NCBI RefSeq assembly: GCF_004010195.1
Contig: NC_057753.1
Span: forward strand, 4,305,779-4,369,778
Direction of reading: 5' to 3'
DNA from: Chiloscyllium plagiosum
Lineage: Eukaryota
Length of the DNA stretch: 64,000 nt
In this document: positions 12,615 to 25,734 of the stretch, in pieces
Numbering within the stretch: position 1 is the stretch's first letter
Layout: every line of letters begins with the position of its first letter
Made by a program: the position numbers and the translations under genes
Notes under the pieces: generated by a model
Database searches by the model: none
Told to the model about the DNA's origin: nothing
The model's input: only the letters and a program-made list of their open reading frames with translations

Positions 12615-12872
12615 TTCAAGAAATTGGAAGTGAGAGTTTATTCATTTCAATTAAGTTCATTATTATGTATTGCCATTTCCCAACCAACCCTTTTATTATT
12701 TTCACTTTATCATCCTTATTAACAGTAGAGATGATCTTCTATTGTGTACGGGGGTGGGGTGGGGGGGGGGGGGGAGCAGGGAGGGAATCTAATACATTTT
12801 TTATTTGTATTTGTTCTCCAACATTTCCTCAATTCGTTCATATTTAGGAACCGCCCTATAGTTCTGTGATGG

Positions 12873-12878
12873 TTTATT
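12873..12878 (-). promoter_or_regulatory. Candidate polyadenylation signal AATAAA of gene 1
   Basis: tttatt on + strand, 368 nt past the stop; at the homologous position in gene 2 (31555-31560). Confidence 0.55.
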
Positions 12879-13245
12879 GAGCTTGGGATGTTGTCCTATG
12901 AAAGAGCGCCATTTCACTTCAAAGTGTATCACAGCACTGAAGATTAAATCAACAATCACGGTCGGTCAGAATTTATATATTTTCGTTATTCCTTGATGTA
13001 CGTGACTGTTCCGATTGGATTGGCTATTACCCAATGCAACTAAATCACCTGGGCTGGTGGGTTTGCATCAGAATTGAGTCAGTACGCAGACGAAAAGTGG
13101 GAATTAAATGAGAATGGTTTATAGAGATGAATAATTAAAAATATTGTTAACATCAAAGAGTGCTGATGGTTTTAATTATGCATGTGGGATTGAAGGTCAC
13201 ACACGCAATGGACAGTATGAATAAAACATGGAATGCAACATAGAA

Positions 13246-14177
13246 TTACAATTTGTTGTTATATTTGCAACATTCAAATAATTTGGCAATTAACCTGCTT
13301 GGATAGATAATACAACCTTTTAACTCCATTCTGAATTTATTCTGTGTTCCTGCATAAATAAATGGGTTTATGCAGGAACTCAAAAGTTGAAGCATGTATC
13401 CAATTTCCTCCAGGCTAAATGTTGCCTCATTAACACCAGAACCTGTGTAATAAGAAACATTTACAATGCGTACATAAACTATGGTCATTAAATATAACGT
13501 GTATAACAGGATGAAACTGCCAGAGACGGCAAAGAGTAAAATAATAGACTTTCTCCGCTTCTCCATCTCTGGGTCAGCCGATTTCTCTCCATTATTTGGG
13601 GTCCTGAGTCTTCTGCGTGCTCTGTTGGCGGCTAGAATGTGCCTGATTGTCAGAGCATTGAGCAGTAGAATCGAAATGAATGGAAAACAGGGAGTCAAAA
13701 TTACAAGAAACCAGTCATATATGGCCCATGCAAGGGATGTATAGTATGTTAATTTAAATCCACACAACCAGGCGACATTGTTAATGATGTACAAAGGTTC
13801 AAATGTAAAGTACAAAAATGAACTTCGTAGAGAGCTCAATGTACAGATTGTTCCTATTACCCATGCTGCTGTTTTCTTTGTACAGTACCGTGCTTTCAGC
13901 TTCGAGCAACAGATGGCCACAAATCGATCGAAGGTAAAAGCGATCGTTAACCAGACAGAACTGTCAATAGCAGCATAGGTGACAACAATACGAAGGCTGC
14001 ATATTAGTGTGATGGACAAATAACTGAATGGGAAATACATTCCAGCGATCCGGTTCAATATTACGGCGGTGATAATGAGCAAGAGGTCTGTGACTGCCAT
14101 TGACACCAGGTAGTAAGTAATACATCTGGACAGACCGCATGTGCTTCGACACAGAATCACAATAACTACAAAATTCG
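13246..14177 (-). CDS. GPR139-like: GPR139-like class A GPCR gene 1, coding exon 2 (TM1 end to stop); spliced product 333 aa
   Basis: ORF 13246..14160 extends upstream to acceptor ttcttacag|CG (exon starts 14177). Seven hydrophobic segments, MAVTD (D2.50), C3.25, FTFDRF, ECL2 Cys, NPFIY. Joins in frame with the 70-nt exon at 17455-17524 to give GVP-A-NF. Confidence 0.92.
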
Positions 14178-14469
14178 CTGTAAGAAATACAGAGAAAAGA
14201 TCGTATGGAGAAAAGAATATTCAATGTTTGTGCTTGACAGTACAGGAACGATTGCAGGAAAAAAACACTCGACTGGCTCTGAGAAAAATAAAGCTTTTCG
14301 TGGATCTGACTGAAGATTACTTCTAACCTGCCCCTTATGATTCTCTGTGCATAATAACCATTGAGATGAAGCTATGATACCGCAATGTAATTGACCCGAA
14401 AAAAGATCAAGAATATATCAAAAAACAGTTTGAAATCATCATTGGAGCAGAAAATCAAAGCCCCTTCTC

Positions 14470-14780
14470 ACAGCAGTTATAGTCTCTTCTGATCGCTTCC
14501 ATCGTGCAAAAGGTACAAAAGCTTAAACACATGTCCCAAAAGTTTCAAGAACAGCTTCTTCCCCACTGTTATTAGACATCTGAACGGACCTCTCATATTT
14601 CAAATTCAATGTTGATCTCGCTCTTTGTGCACCTTCTCTGCAGCCATAACAACTCTATTTTTCATTCTCTTTTATTAACCAGTGCACTTTGCATTATGAT
14701 CCAACTGTACTCATGCAAAAGAAAACTTATCACTAGACCCAGGTACATGTGACCGTAATAAATCAAATCAAATCAAACAG
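14470..14780 (+). mobile_element. Rex1/Babar-type LINE 3' fragment in gene 1 intron (orthologous copies ~32935-33180 and ~47600-48210)
   Basis: ttcaagaacagcttcttcccc..gttattaga and aataaatcaaatcaaatc tail. Confidence 0.6.
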
Positions 14781-15409
14781 GAACAAACCAAATCAAATCT
14801 TCAAAAGAAAAATGGATCTGAATATGACAGAAAATAGTACAGATGAAAAACAATAATGCAATATTTATAAGCATGGAAACAAAACAGATATGGTTAATAT
14901 ATTATTGAGCAAAGGGCATGCTCTCCCTTATTAAAATTTGGCACAATCATTACATTTTAGAAACATTTGCCGCCGCTTTGTATCCACATTCCCCAGCAAT
15001 GTGGAAGCAGGCAATTCGGTGAGTCACTGGAAGCATTTCACTCACGCCCAACATAATACTCTACCCCACCATTTCACGTGGTCTGTCCACCCAGCCAACA
15101 GATCCCTATAGTGTGGGAGGAAACTTGAGCCCCCAGAGGAAACCAAAGTAGACAGTGGGAGATTGTGCAAACTCCTGTCTGACAGTCGCCAAAAAGTGGA
15201 ACGGAATGGGGGTCCATGGCACTCTTAGGTAGCAGTGCTAACCACTGAGTTTTTGACAAAAAAAACTTCATCTTCATAATGAATCAGACAATCTTCTTTC
15301 CTGACAGAATATTTGTTATCACACAACACAATTTTCGCAAATTTCTTCTGTTGATTATCTGAACTTTTATTCTTGTAGCAATTTGTTAAAAGAATGGATC
15401 ACCGAGAAA

Positions 15410-16232
15410 TTCAAAACCTCACTAGGGTCAACTGCTTTTCGTCATTTATATACATGGTTTGGATATGAATATAGAAGTCTTGGTTAGTAAATTTGCAACT
15501 GGCACCAAAATAAATGGTGCAGCAAACGGTGAAGAAAATCAGAGAATAATGGGAACTGAATCTGATGGCCAGTGGGCCGAGAAGAGGCAGATGCAAATTA
15601 ATTTAGATAAATGTGAGGAATTGCCTTTTGGTAAGGCAAATCAGAGTCGGACTTATACAGTCAATTGGAGGGCGCTGGCGAGTTTTGCCAATGACAGACA
15701 TCTACAAGTACAGGCATACAATTTCTTGAAAGTAGAGTCGTAAGTGGACAGGGCCATAAGAAGACGGTTCGGCATTCTTGCCTTTATTAGTAAGATCATT
15801 GAGTATAGGAGCTGAGACATCATTTTGCAGCCGAACAGGACATTGGTGAGGCCAATCTGAGAAGACTATGTACAATCTGGTCGCCCTTTTCTAGAAAGCA
15901 TGTTGGTGGAGGAGAGATATATGAGATGTTGCGCGGACTGGAAGATTTGAATTATATAGAGGGGCTGAACATGATAGGACCTTCCCCCTGGAGAGTCGAA
16001 GGTTGAGGGGTGAGCTTACAGCTTTAGCCAAATTCCTGCGGTGGGGCAGTCCAAATATAGAGTGCATAGATTTATGTTGTGAGGACACCGACTTAATAAA
16101 GGATGTGCAGAGGGTGGTCTATGCATTGCACAATCTGCCAGAAGAAATGGTGGAGGCAGATATATCTACAGCATGTAAAAGGTATCTAGATGTGGAAATG
16201 AATATGAAGAGCTCAGAGGGATATAGGCCAAA
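15410..16232 (+). mobile_element. Old CR1 RT fragment in gene 1 intron (related fragments ~33420-34570 and ~48855-49795)
   Basis: LVSKFA..TKI..QWAEK.QMQ.N.DKCE.L.FG (15459-15743). Confidence 0.75.
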
Positions 16233-16535
16233 TTAGATTAGATTAGATTACTTACAGTGTGGAAACTGGCCCTTTGACCAAACAAGTACACACCGACCCT
16301 CCGAAGAGCAACCCACCCAGACCCATTGCCCTACATTTACCCCTTCACCGAACACTACGGGCAATTTAGCATGGCCAATTCACACTAACCTGCACATTTT
16401 TGGACTGTGGGAGGAAACCGGAGCACCCGGAGGAAACCCACGCAGACACGGGGAGAATGTGCAAATTCCACACAGACAGTCGCCTGAGGCGGGAATTGGA
16501 CCCGGGTCTCTGGCGCTGTGAGGCAGCAGTGCTGA
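16233..16535 (-). mobile_element. HE1/V-type SINE, young-looking
   Basis: GCACTGCTGCCTCACAGCGCCAGAGACCCGGG on minus strand; (attag)n tail at 16232-16248. Confidence 0.9.
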
Positions 16536-17454
16536 CAAAATAGGAGAAAGACAGGATGGGATGACAGCTGGCACGGATGAATTCGTCCAAAGGGTCTACT
16601 GGCCTGTTGTGTGGCTGTCTGACTCCACCTTATTATCAGAACTATAATTAGCTAAATTAGTTCAGTGGATTATTTCAGAAATTATCACGTCTTTCGTATT
16701 GCTGGATCAATCAACTGTTTGTGAAAATTAATCTCACCATGAATCCCAATCACACATAAGTATCAATACGATTGCAATGTAAAATTTCCAAATAGCAAGT
16801 GCCAATAGTTACATGGAACGACATTTACATGACATCAGTAATTCAAATTCATCTGCAGAAATAATATTAAAAAGTATACATGCCCTTTGCAATGTGGAAA
16901 TTCAAGAAAAGCATGATTATTTCAATGACAATTCACTCACGCCTGTGCATCATGGCAATACTGTGATAAGTTACCGTAGAACCCCAGTACAGGTATGACA
17001 ACAAAACAGCAATTTCTATCTGATTACATAGTTTTCAATGACCCATACTTCCAATAAGAACACGAACATAGTACAATTGGGTTAACATCGAGTGTCCATA
17101 GACTAAATGATGCAAAATATGAATTTATGGAAATGATCATGCATAGAATCCAAGTCATTGAACAGGAGCATGGTCACTTCGAAAGCGAATAAATTATACC
17201 ATTAATATTGGAAACTCTTTCTCCGCAGTTTAATGTAAAATGCTCACTTTACAAGCCAATAATATTCAAACATTGTCATGACATATCTGAAGACCAATTT
17301 ACTTCTGGAAAGACGTGAAGTAACTACATAATGCCGTAGAAATTTTCTAGTTAAATCTCAAATGTTATACCTTTCGCATAAGAAAATCCTACTGGCAATT
17401 TGAAACATTCATATAGAGTATCATGATTGCCTTCACCATAATTGAATGCGTTAC

Positions 17455-17524
17455 CTGGAACCCCGACAGCCGCAATGATGGGATAGTAAATGGCAAACAC
17501 CAGACCTTTTGGTATTCCATGCAT
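17455..17524 (-). CDS. GPR139-like: GPR139-like gene 1, coding exon 1 (MHGIPKGLVFAIYYPIIAAVGVP+G)
   Basis: ATG at 17524, donor CCAG|gtaac at 17455/17454, 70 nt = phase 1, matching the exon 2 acceptor phase. The same exon recurs at 37116 and 51332. An in-frame upstream ATG at 17584 is an alternative start. Confidence 0.88.
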
Positions 17525-18774
17525 ATCTATTAGTTGCCTTGGTAAATTTCTGCAATACGTAGAAGAAAAGTCACACTTATCCATGATTACAGGCTCCAGG
17601 GACACAATTAGCCAGTTTAAAATTTTTCTAAGGAAAAGAAACGAATCACAGTCATTGAAGCAAAATGCCCAGCTACTCTTGTGATCATATTTATACTTTG
17701 ATAGAATAGAACGTTCTTAAAAGTATGCGGGTCCAAAATGAAATCCAAGAGACTGCACTAAGCTTTAAGTTACATTTTCTCTCTATAGGAGCATTGGAAC
17801 AGGAATAGGCTATTCAGCGCCTTGAATATGTTCTTCCTTTCAATGCAATCTTGTCTGACTGGTGACCGAATTCCACCAACCTGCCTTTGGGCCATATCTT
17901 TTATTAACCTTTCCTAACAAAAGTAAAAGCTATTGGACATTTACAGTTAGTAACAGATCTAGCTGAAAAGAAAACCGAAACAGCCTGGAGTAATTTACAA
18001 AATCAGTTCACGGGTCCCGACATTGTAAGGGCTTATTTCCTTGATTTCAGCAGAAAGCATAAATGGCGAGAAATGCCCTGTTTTAACAGTGAACACAAGC
18101 ATTTCCTCGACCTGAGCCTTATTTAGTCTGCGTGATCACGGGTGATGTGGAGACCATTCCACATCTTCATGAGACTGTGAATGAGCCTCATCATCATTTC
18201 GTACACTCAGTATGTGAAATGCATTCGACACGGTTGCCTTCAGTGTGGCATAGTCCAGTCACATACAATAACACGTGCTGCGGCAAGGTTTATTTAAACA
18301 CAAGTATATTAAGCGTGACATAGTCCAGTAACTTCATTCAGAGTGGCTCACTTACACACAAAACAAAACAAAGGACAAAGAGCTCCATGGATGGTAATTG
18401 AAACAAAATTAATTTAGAAGCGTAAATATCTATCAATCTGTAACAATGAAGCAGGAGGTTTAGACATGCATTTTGCATTCTTTAATTCAGTGCATGTTAT
18501 ATTAGGCCATGAGGGGCTCGAACAGTAAAGGGTCTTCAACCCATCGTGTCTGCTCTCCAGCATTCACTTTCGTCATAGCTCATCTGATAATCCGTAACTG
18601 AAGGCACTTTCATGATAATCCTTGATTGTATGAATGACTAAGCATGGAATATACTTATCGAACCCACCTTAATAGCCCTCTATTGGCAAGAATTTCACAT
18701 AATCATTACACCCTGGGATTGATGGGTCCTTTGCAGATTTGATTAGAAATTTGCGAAAAAATTGGAAGCAGAAA

Positions 18775-21700
18775 GTATGTATTACCATGTTATAAATGAT
18801 CAGAGAGGACGAGTTTGTCGCCTTAAAGCACATTAAGATGCATAAATCCTCTGGACCTGATCAAGGCATCCTCGGACGTTGTGGTAGGCTAGAGAGGAAA
18901 CTGCAGAGTCCCTTGCGGAGATTTTTGCTTCATCTTTAGCCATTGGCCAAGTTCCAGAAGACTGGATGGTGGCTAATGTTGTTCCATTGTTCAAGAAAGG
19001 TAACAAAGATAAGTGAGGGAACTAATGTGACAGTGAGCCTGACGTCAGTGGCAGGTAAATTACATAGAACATTGAATAGTACAACACAGTACAGGCCAAA
19101 TATTTATTTTAATCTAAGATCAACCTAACCTACACACCCCTCAATATACTGCCATCCATGTGCTTGTCCAGCAGTTACTTAAAAGTCTCTAATGTCTCTG
19201 ACTGGACTACCACTACTGGCAGTGCATTCCACGCACCCACCATTCCCTGTGTAAAGAACCTACCTCAGACATCTCCCCATACCTTCCTCCAGTCACTTTA
19301 AAATTATAACCCCTCGTGACAGCCATTTCTGCCCTGGGGAAAAGTCTCTGGCTATCTACTCTATGTGTGCCTCTAATTGCCTTGTACACGTCTGTCAAGT
19401 CACTTGTCTTTATTCTTCTCTCTGGCGTGAACATCCTTAGCTCACTCAATCTCTCTTCATGAGACATGCCCTCCAATCCACGTAGCATTCTGGTAAATCT
19501 ACTCTGCACACTCTCGAAAGCATCTATGTCCTTCCTATAATGAGGCGACCAGAACTAGGATTTTATAGAACTGCAGTAAAACCTCACAGCTGTTAAAACG
19601 CAATGCCCCTGTCAATGAAAGCTACCCCAAACGCCTTCTTAACAACTCTATCAGCTTGGATGGCAACTACGAGGGATCTATGTACGTGGATCTGTATTCA
19701 GCATTCAAAGTCGACTGTCCAAAATCAATCGTTTCACATTAATCCAGGTTGAACTCAATCTGCTATTTCTCAGCCCAGGTCTGCATCCAATCCATGTCTT
19801 GTTGTAGCTTGCAACAATCCTCGACATCATCTACAACACCACAGACCTTTGAGTCATCAGCAAACTTACTAACCCAACCTTACATTTCTTCATCCAATTC
19901 GTTTATAAAAACTCCAAGAATAGATCCCTGCGGGACACCACTGGTCACCAACCTCCAGGTGGAATACTTTCCATCCACAACCACTCGCTGTCTTCTCTGC
20001 GCCAGCCAATTCTGTACCCAAACAGCCAAATTTCCCTGCATCCCCATTCCTCCTAACTTCCTGAATGAGCCTACCGTGTGGAACCTTACCAATTGCCTTA
20101 CTAAAATCCACTGCTCGACCTTCATCAAATTGTCTCGTCACATCCTCAAAGAAATCAATAAGGCTTGTGAGGCATGACCTGCTCCTCACAAAGCCACGCT
20201 GACTACCTTTAATCTAACTATGTTTTTCTAAATAGTCATAAATTCTATCTCTCAGAGTCCTTTCCAGTACCTTGCTTACCACCGGCATAAGATGACCGGT
20301 CTGTAATTCCCAGGAATTTCCATACTCCCATTCTTGAACAGAGGAACAACATTCAACTCCCTCCAGTCATTTGGTACTACTCCCTGGAGAGGTTGCAAAG
20401 GTCATCGCAAGCGGTGCAGCAGTCTCATTCCTCGCATCCTGTAGGAACCTTTTAATGCATCTGGTCCAGCCCTGGGGACTTATCTATCTTGATGCTTCCC
20501 AGAATTTCCAGCGCATCCATTTCCTTAATAGTAGACTGTTCAAGCATAATAACCTGATTCATGGTTTTCTCACTACCAAAAAGGTTCCTCTCTCTCATGA
20601 GTACTGACGCAAAAAAACTCATTTTAAGCTTCCACTACCTCTTCAGGCTCCAGGCACAAGTTGCCTCCACCATCCCTGACCGGCCTTCCCCTCTCTCTGA
20701 TCATTCGGTTATTTGTCACGTAAATGTAGAGCATCTTCGGGTTTTCTCTAATCCTTCTCACTTTTTCGTGCACCCCCCCCCCCCCCCCCTCCCTGCTCCC
20801 CTCAGTACATTTTTTAGTTCTTTCCTCCCTATTCTGTAAACATCTAAAGTGATGCCAGATCCTTGCTTCCTCAACTTTAAGTCAGCTTCCTTTTTCCTCT
20901 TAACAAGAAGCTCCACATCTCTTGTCATCCAAGGCTCCTTCACCCTGCCATTCCTTGCCTGTCTCAGTGGGGCAAAATTATTCAACACTCGCAAAAAGTG
21001 CTTATTAAACAGCCTCCACATTTCTGTTGTGTATCTCCCCTAGCACAATTGTTCCCAATTTATACTCCACAGCTGTTGTTGCTGGGGAGGATCCTGAGGG
21101 TTAGGATCAAGCAACATTTGGATAGTCAAGATCTGATTAGTGACAGTCAGCATGGATTTGTGCACAGAAAGTCATGTTGGACAAATCTTCGAGAGTTTTC
21201 TAAGATTTGGAGGTGCCAGAGTTGGATTGGGGTGTACAAAGTTAAAAATCACAACATCAGGATACAGTCCAACAGGTTTATTTGGAAGCATTAGCTTTCA
21301 GAGTGCTGCTCCTTCATCAGGTGGTTGTGGATTGTAAGATCATAGGACACAGAATTTATAGTAAAAGTTTACAGTGTGATGCAACTGAAATTACATGCCG
21401 AAAAAGACCTGGATTGTTTGTTTAGTCTCTCATCTTTTAAAATGGCCATGTTAGTTTTAGTTCTTTCATATGTATATACCAGAACTTTTCTTTTAGAGTT
21501 ACATTCTCCAGTGAACATTAACAGTCGGTGCCATGTCAACTCAGAGATTTTCAAAATGTAACCAAAAGGCTAGATGAGGTTAACGCAGTGCATGTTGCCA
21601 GCATGGACTTTAGTAGGGCACTTAACAAGGTCACACATGGTAAGCTAGTCATGATGGTTAGGTCGCATGGGACCCAGAGAGAGAAAAATAATTGAATTCA

Positions 21701-23712
21701 AAATTGCCACGATGGTAGGAAGCAAAGGATGATGCTTGAAGCTTCCTGCCGAGACTGGCGGCCTGTGACTAGTGGTGTGCCACAGGGATCGGTGCTGGGA
21801 CCTTTATTATTTGTTATTTAAATAAATGATCTCAATGTGAGTGTATAGGCCATGATTATTATGTTTGCGGGTGGTACAAAATTAGGAGGTATTGTTAATA
21901 GCAAGGAAGGTTGTCAAAAATTGCAGAGGAATCTTGATCAAATGGGGAAGTGGGCTGAGGATAGGTAAAGGCAGTTAATACAGATAAGTGTGACGTTTTG
22001 CACTTTGGAAAGTCAAGCCAAGACAGGATTTACAGAGTAAATAGTAAGGTTCTGAAGGGAATTGTGGAACAGATGCACCTTGGAGAACAAATACATCATT
22101 TGTTTGAAAGCAGTGTCACAGATTGACAGATTGGTGAAGAAGTAATTCACATATTGGCCTTCATTGGTCGAGGCATTAAGTATAGGAGTTGAGTCCTTTT
22201 GTTATAGTTGTGTGAGTCCTTGGTGAGGCCTCACTTAGAGAATTGTGAGTAATTTTGCTTACCCTGTTGTAGGAAAGGCATAGTTAAACAGGAAAGTGTA
22301 CAAGAAAAAAGATTTAAAAGAACGTTGCCAGATCTAGTCGACCTGAGGTACAGGGAGGGGTTGGCTAGGATAAGAATTTATACATTGGAATGTAGGAGAG
22401 TGAGGGATGACATACTGAGGTGTACAAAATCACGAGGGTTATAAGTAGGATGAATGCATGTTCTGTTTGTCCCAGGATGGGGAATTGAAAACTAGAGGAC
22501 ATAGGTTTAAAGTGAGAGGGGAAAGACTTAAGAAGGACCTGATGGGCAACCTCTTCACGCAGATGGAATATGGAATGGGCTGTCAGAGAAAGTGGTTGAG
22601 GCAGCTACAATAACAACTTTTAATGAAAGCGTTTGGATAGATACAGAGATGGGAAGGTTTTAGAGGTATATGGAGCAAATACGGGCAATTAGAACTAACT
22701 GAGTGGGTACCATTGTCAGCATGAGCCAGTTTGGGCCGAAGGGCCTGTTTCCATCCTGTATTACTGTATGACTCCATAACTTAATAAATAGTTTGCATAT
22801 TGTAGACAAGTTGGAAGTGGGATTCCCCAGAAATTGATGTTGGGCCCTTGCTTTTTGTGAGATTATTAGAAAAGATTTGGAGCTGGGTGTTGAGGACAAG
22901 ATTTCTAAATTTGCAGATGATACCAAGGCAGTGAGAAGCACGAATTGTGAGAATGACGCTCAGCAACTTCAGAGTGACATTGACAAGTTGACCAACTGAG
23001 CAGACACCAGGTAGATGAAATTCAATGCAAAGAAATGTGAGGCAATCAATTTTTGCAGAAATAAAATCACGGACAGAGAGTATAGGCTCAATGATGCACC
23101 GCGGGGTTCACGTGCATAATACTCTGAAGTTTGCTTGAACAGTTAAAACAGTTGGAATGAAAGCTAAAAGGATCCATGAGTTTTTAAATAGAGGCATTGG
23201 TTATAAAAGGAAGCAAATGATGCTGCATCTCCGCAAATTATTGATCAGACCACGTTGGGAATATTGTATTCAGTTGTGGGTACCTTATTTAAAGATGTTG
23301 AAGCTCTGGAGAAAGCACAAAGGAGTTTAACCAGGATGATGTCTGGGATGAGGGATTTTTAATGCAATGGAAGATTCAAGATACTGGGCTCATCCTCTTT
23401 GGAACAGAGAGGATTAAGAGCTCACCTTACTGAGGTGTTCAAGTTATGAACAGTTTTTGACTGGGTAAAGAGGGATTTTCTATTCCCACTAGTGGGTATC
23501 GCACTAATGAGTAGTGACAAATTAAGAATACCAGCAAGAGAGCTGGAAGTGATACGAGGGGAAAGATTTTGTTCCAAGAATTTCAAGGATTTGGAATACC
23601 CTGCCAGGGCAAGTGGTGGAGATGAGACAACTGAATATATATTTGAAAATGATGAAGTTAGAGGGCTATGGAGATAGGGCTGGAGAATGGAGCGATTAGT
23701 TTGGGAACTAGT
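18775..23712. mobile_element. Cluster of nested CR1 fragments: + strand 18775-19060 and ~21075-22780, minus strand ~19065-21070, + strand ~22810-23712
   Basis: RT motifs SCLTSLIDFFE, DFSKA..KVPH, VTSGVPQGS, KFADDTK in several frames; CR1 tails at ~19070 and ~22770. Confidence 0.8.
21205..21545 (-). mobile_element. Penelope-like terminal-repeat fragment (third family)
   Basis: Minus strand CCACCTGATGAAGGAGCAGCACTCTGAAAGCTAATGCTTCCAAATAAACCTGTTGGACT; interrupts the CR1 RT at NLREF|F. Confidence 0.65.
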
Positions 23713-23714
23713 GC

Positions 23715-25190
23715 AGGCACGTTGGACTCCAGTTCATTGACTGCAGATCTGCTTTCAACACCATCATCCCCTCCAGACTGATCTCCAAATTCCGTAACCT
23801 TGGTCTCGGCTGCGCCCTCTGCAACTGGATCCTCAGCTTTCTGGCCGACAGAGACCAATTAGTTAGGATAGGTAACGGCACCTCCTCCACAGCAATACTC
23901 TACACTGGACCTCCCGATCCAAGGATGAGGCCTCAGCCCACCACTGTACTTTATGTATCCCCACATCTGTGATGTCAAATTCTGAGAGAACACCATATGC
24001 AAGTTCATCAAATATACCACTGTACCAGGACAGATATCTAACAGTGATGAGTTAAAATGTAGACGGAAGATAGAAAGCTTCGTGGCCGGGTGCAATGAGA
24101 ACAACCTTCCTCTCAGCGTTGTCAAAATTAAGTAACTGATTATTGACTTCAGAAAGAATGGAGGGCAACTTGCCCCCATCTATATGAACGGGACTGAAAA
24201 TGAGAGGGTGGAGATTGTGAAATCTCTCGGAGTGACGATAACCGGCAACCGTCCTGGACTTTCCATGTAGATGCAACGGTCAATAAGGCACAACAACGTC
24301 TCTTCTTCCTCAGGCAGTTGAGGAAATTTGGCATGCCCATAACCACTTTAACCAACTTCTTCAGATGCACAATTGAAACTCTACTGTCCCAGGTAGCACA
24401 GTGGCTCAGTGGTTCGCACTTTTGCTTCACAGAGTCAGGGACACAGGTTTGATTCCAGCCTCAGGCGACTGTATGTGTGGAGTTTGCACATTTTCCCCGT
24501 GTTTGCATGGGTTCCCTCTGGGTGCTCCCGTTTCCTCCCACAATCCAATAACGTGTGGGTTTGGTGATGCTAAATTGCCCATAGTGTTCAGGTTAGGTGC
24601 ATTAATCAGGGGTAAATGTCGAGTAATAGCGCAGCGGAATAGGTTTGGGTGGCATACTCTTCAGAGGGTCAGTGTGGACTTGAGCTGAATGGCCTGTTCC
24701 CAACCTGTAGGGGCTCTATGATTCTATGGGTGCATAACGGCCTGATATGGCAACTGTTTTGTCCAGGACTGTAAGAAACTACGGACGGTGGTTTGCACAA
24801 CTCATACCATAGGGAAGCCGACCTTCTATCGACAGTCTCCATTTACATGGTTTGCTGCAGAGGAAAGGTTCCCAACATCATCAAAGACCCAAAGCACCCC
24901 AGTGATGATCTCCTACAACCTCTGCCATTAGGCAAAAGATATAGAACCCTGAACACACGCACCAAAAGATTCAGCAACACCTACTTCTCGGCCGTTAATG
25001 GACTGCTGAATACACTCTAGAGCGTAAAACATTGACTTTGCTGAGCACACATAATGTACAATATAATCTGTTAGCCTCTAACCTGTACATATAGCCTCTG
25101 ACCTGTACATCCTTGTCTCACTGTGATCTGCCTTTCCTACAAAGAAACAAGGCTGTTCACTGACCTTCTGTACACGTGACAAGCAATCGA
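23715..25190 (+). mobile_element. Rex1/Babar-type LINE RT fragment, split by a SINE at ~24392-24730
   Basis: [51 protein letters not shown]. Confidence 0.75.
24392..24730 (+). mobile_element. HE1/V-type SINE
   Basis: gcacagtggctcagtggtt head, tgtgtggagtttgcaca core, CR1-like tail. Confidence 0.85.
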
Positions 25191-25734
25191 TCCAGTCCTA
25201 CCATAAAAAAAACTGCATCAATAAAATATAACAAAACGAAGAATGCAGTATTACAGGTGCAGGCAGAGAGGGAAATCAGAATAGCTATTGAGATGTCTGT
25301 TCTCATGAATCTATTCACACGAGCAGAACATATACAACAGAACGGGACAGCGCAGAAATGGACGCTTCAGTCTATGATACTGTTCTGAACGTGACGCCAA
25401 ATTAAACTGATCATTTCGGTCTGCCCTTGGTCCTTATCCCTCCACTTCTTGCATATTCATGTGCTTATCTAAACATCTGTTAAATGTCCATATCATATTT
25501 GCCTCCAGCAGCACTCCTGCCAGATCATTCCAAACTCCTACCACTCCTTGTCAAATAAACCTGCCACTCATATCTCATTTGAACTTTTTTCTCTCACTGT
25601 AAATGCGTGTCCCCTAGATTTCAAACATTTCAACGCTAGGAATAAGATTCTGACCGTCAGCCCTATGCAGCCCATGATTTTGTAAATGCCTGTCAAGTCT
25701 TACCTCAGCCCCGACCACTTCAATGAGAACAACC

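Noticed and set aside
12750..12785. Poly-G run (and poly-C at ~20773-20790) as G-quadruplex element
   Set aside because: Not conserved at the homologous gene 2 position; simple homopolymer expansion of uncertain length.
13481..13744. Recurrent 87-aa + strand ORFs (also 32145..32408 and 46615..46878)
   Set aside because: Antisense shadows of the conserved GPCR exon with no independent coding signal.
17351..17454. C-terminal continuation of the exon 1 ORFs (also 36916-37046 and 51117-51262)
   Set aside because: Read-through past a good GT donor into the intron; lengths and sequences differ between copies.
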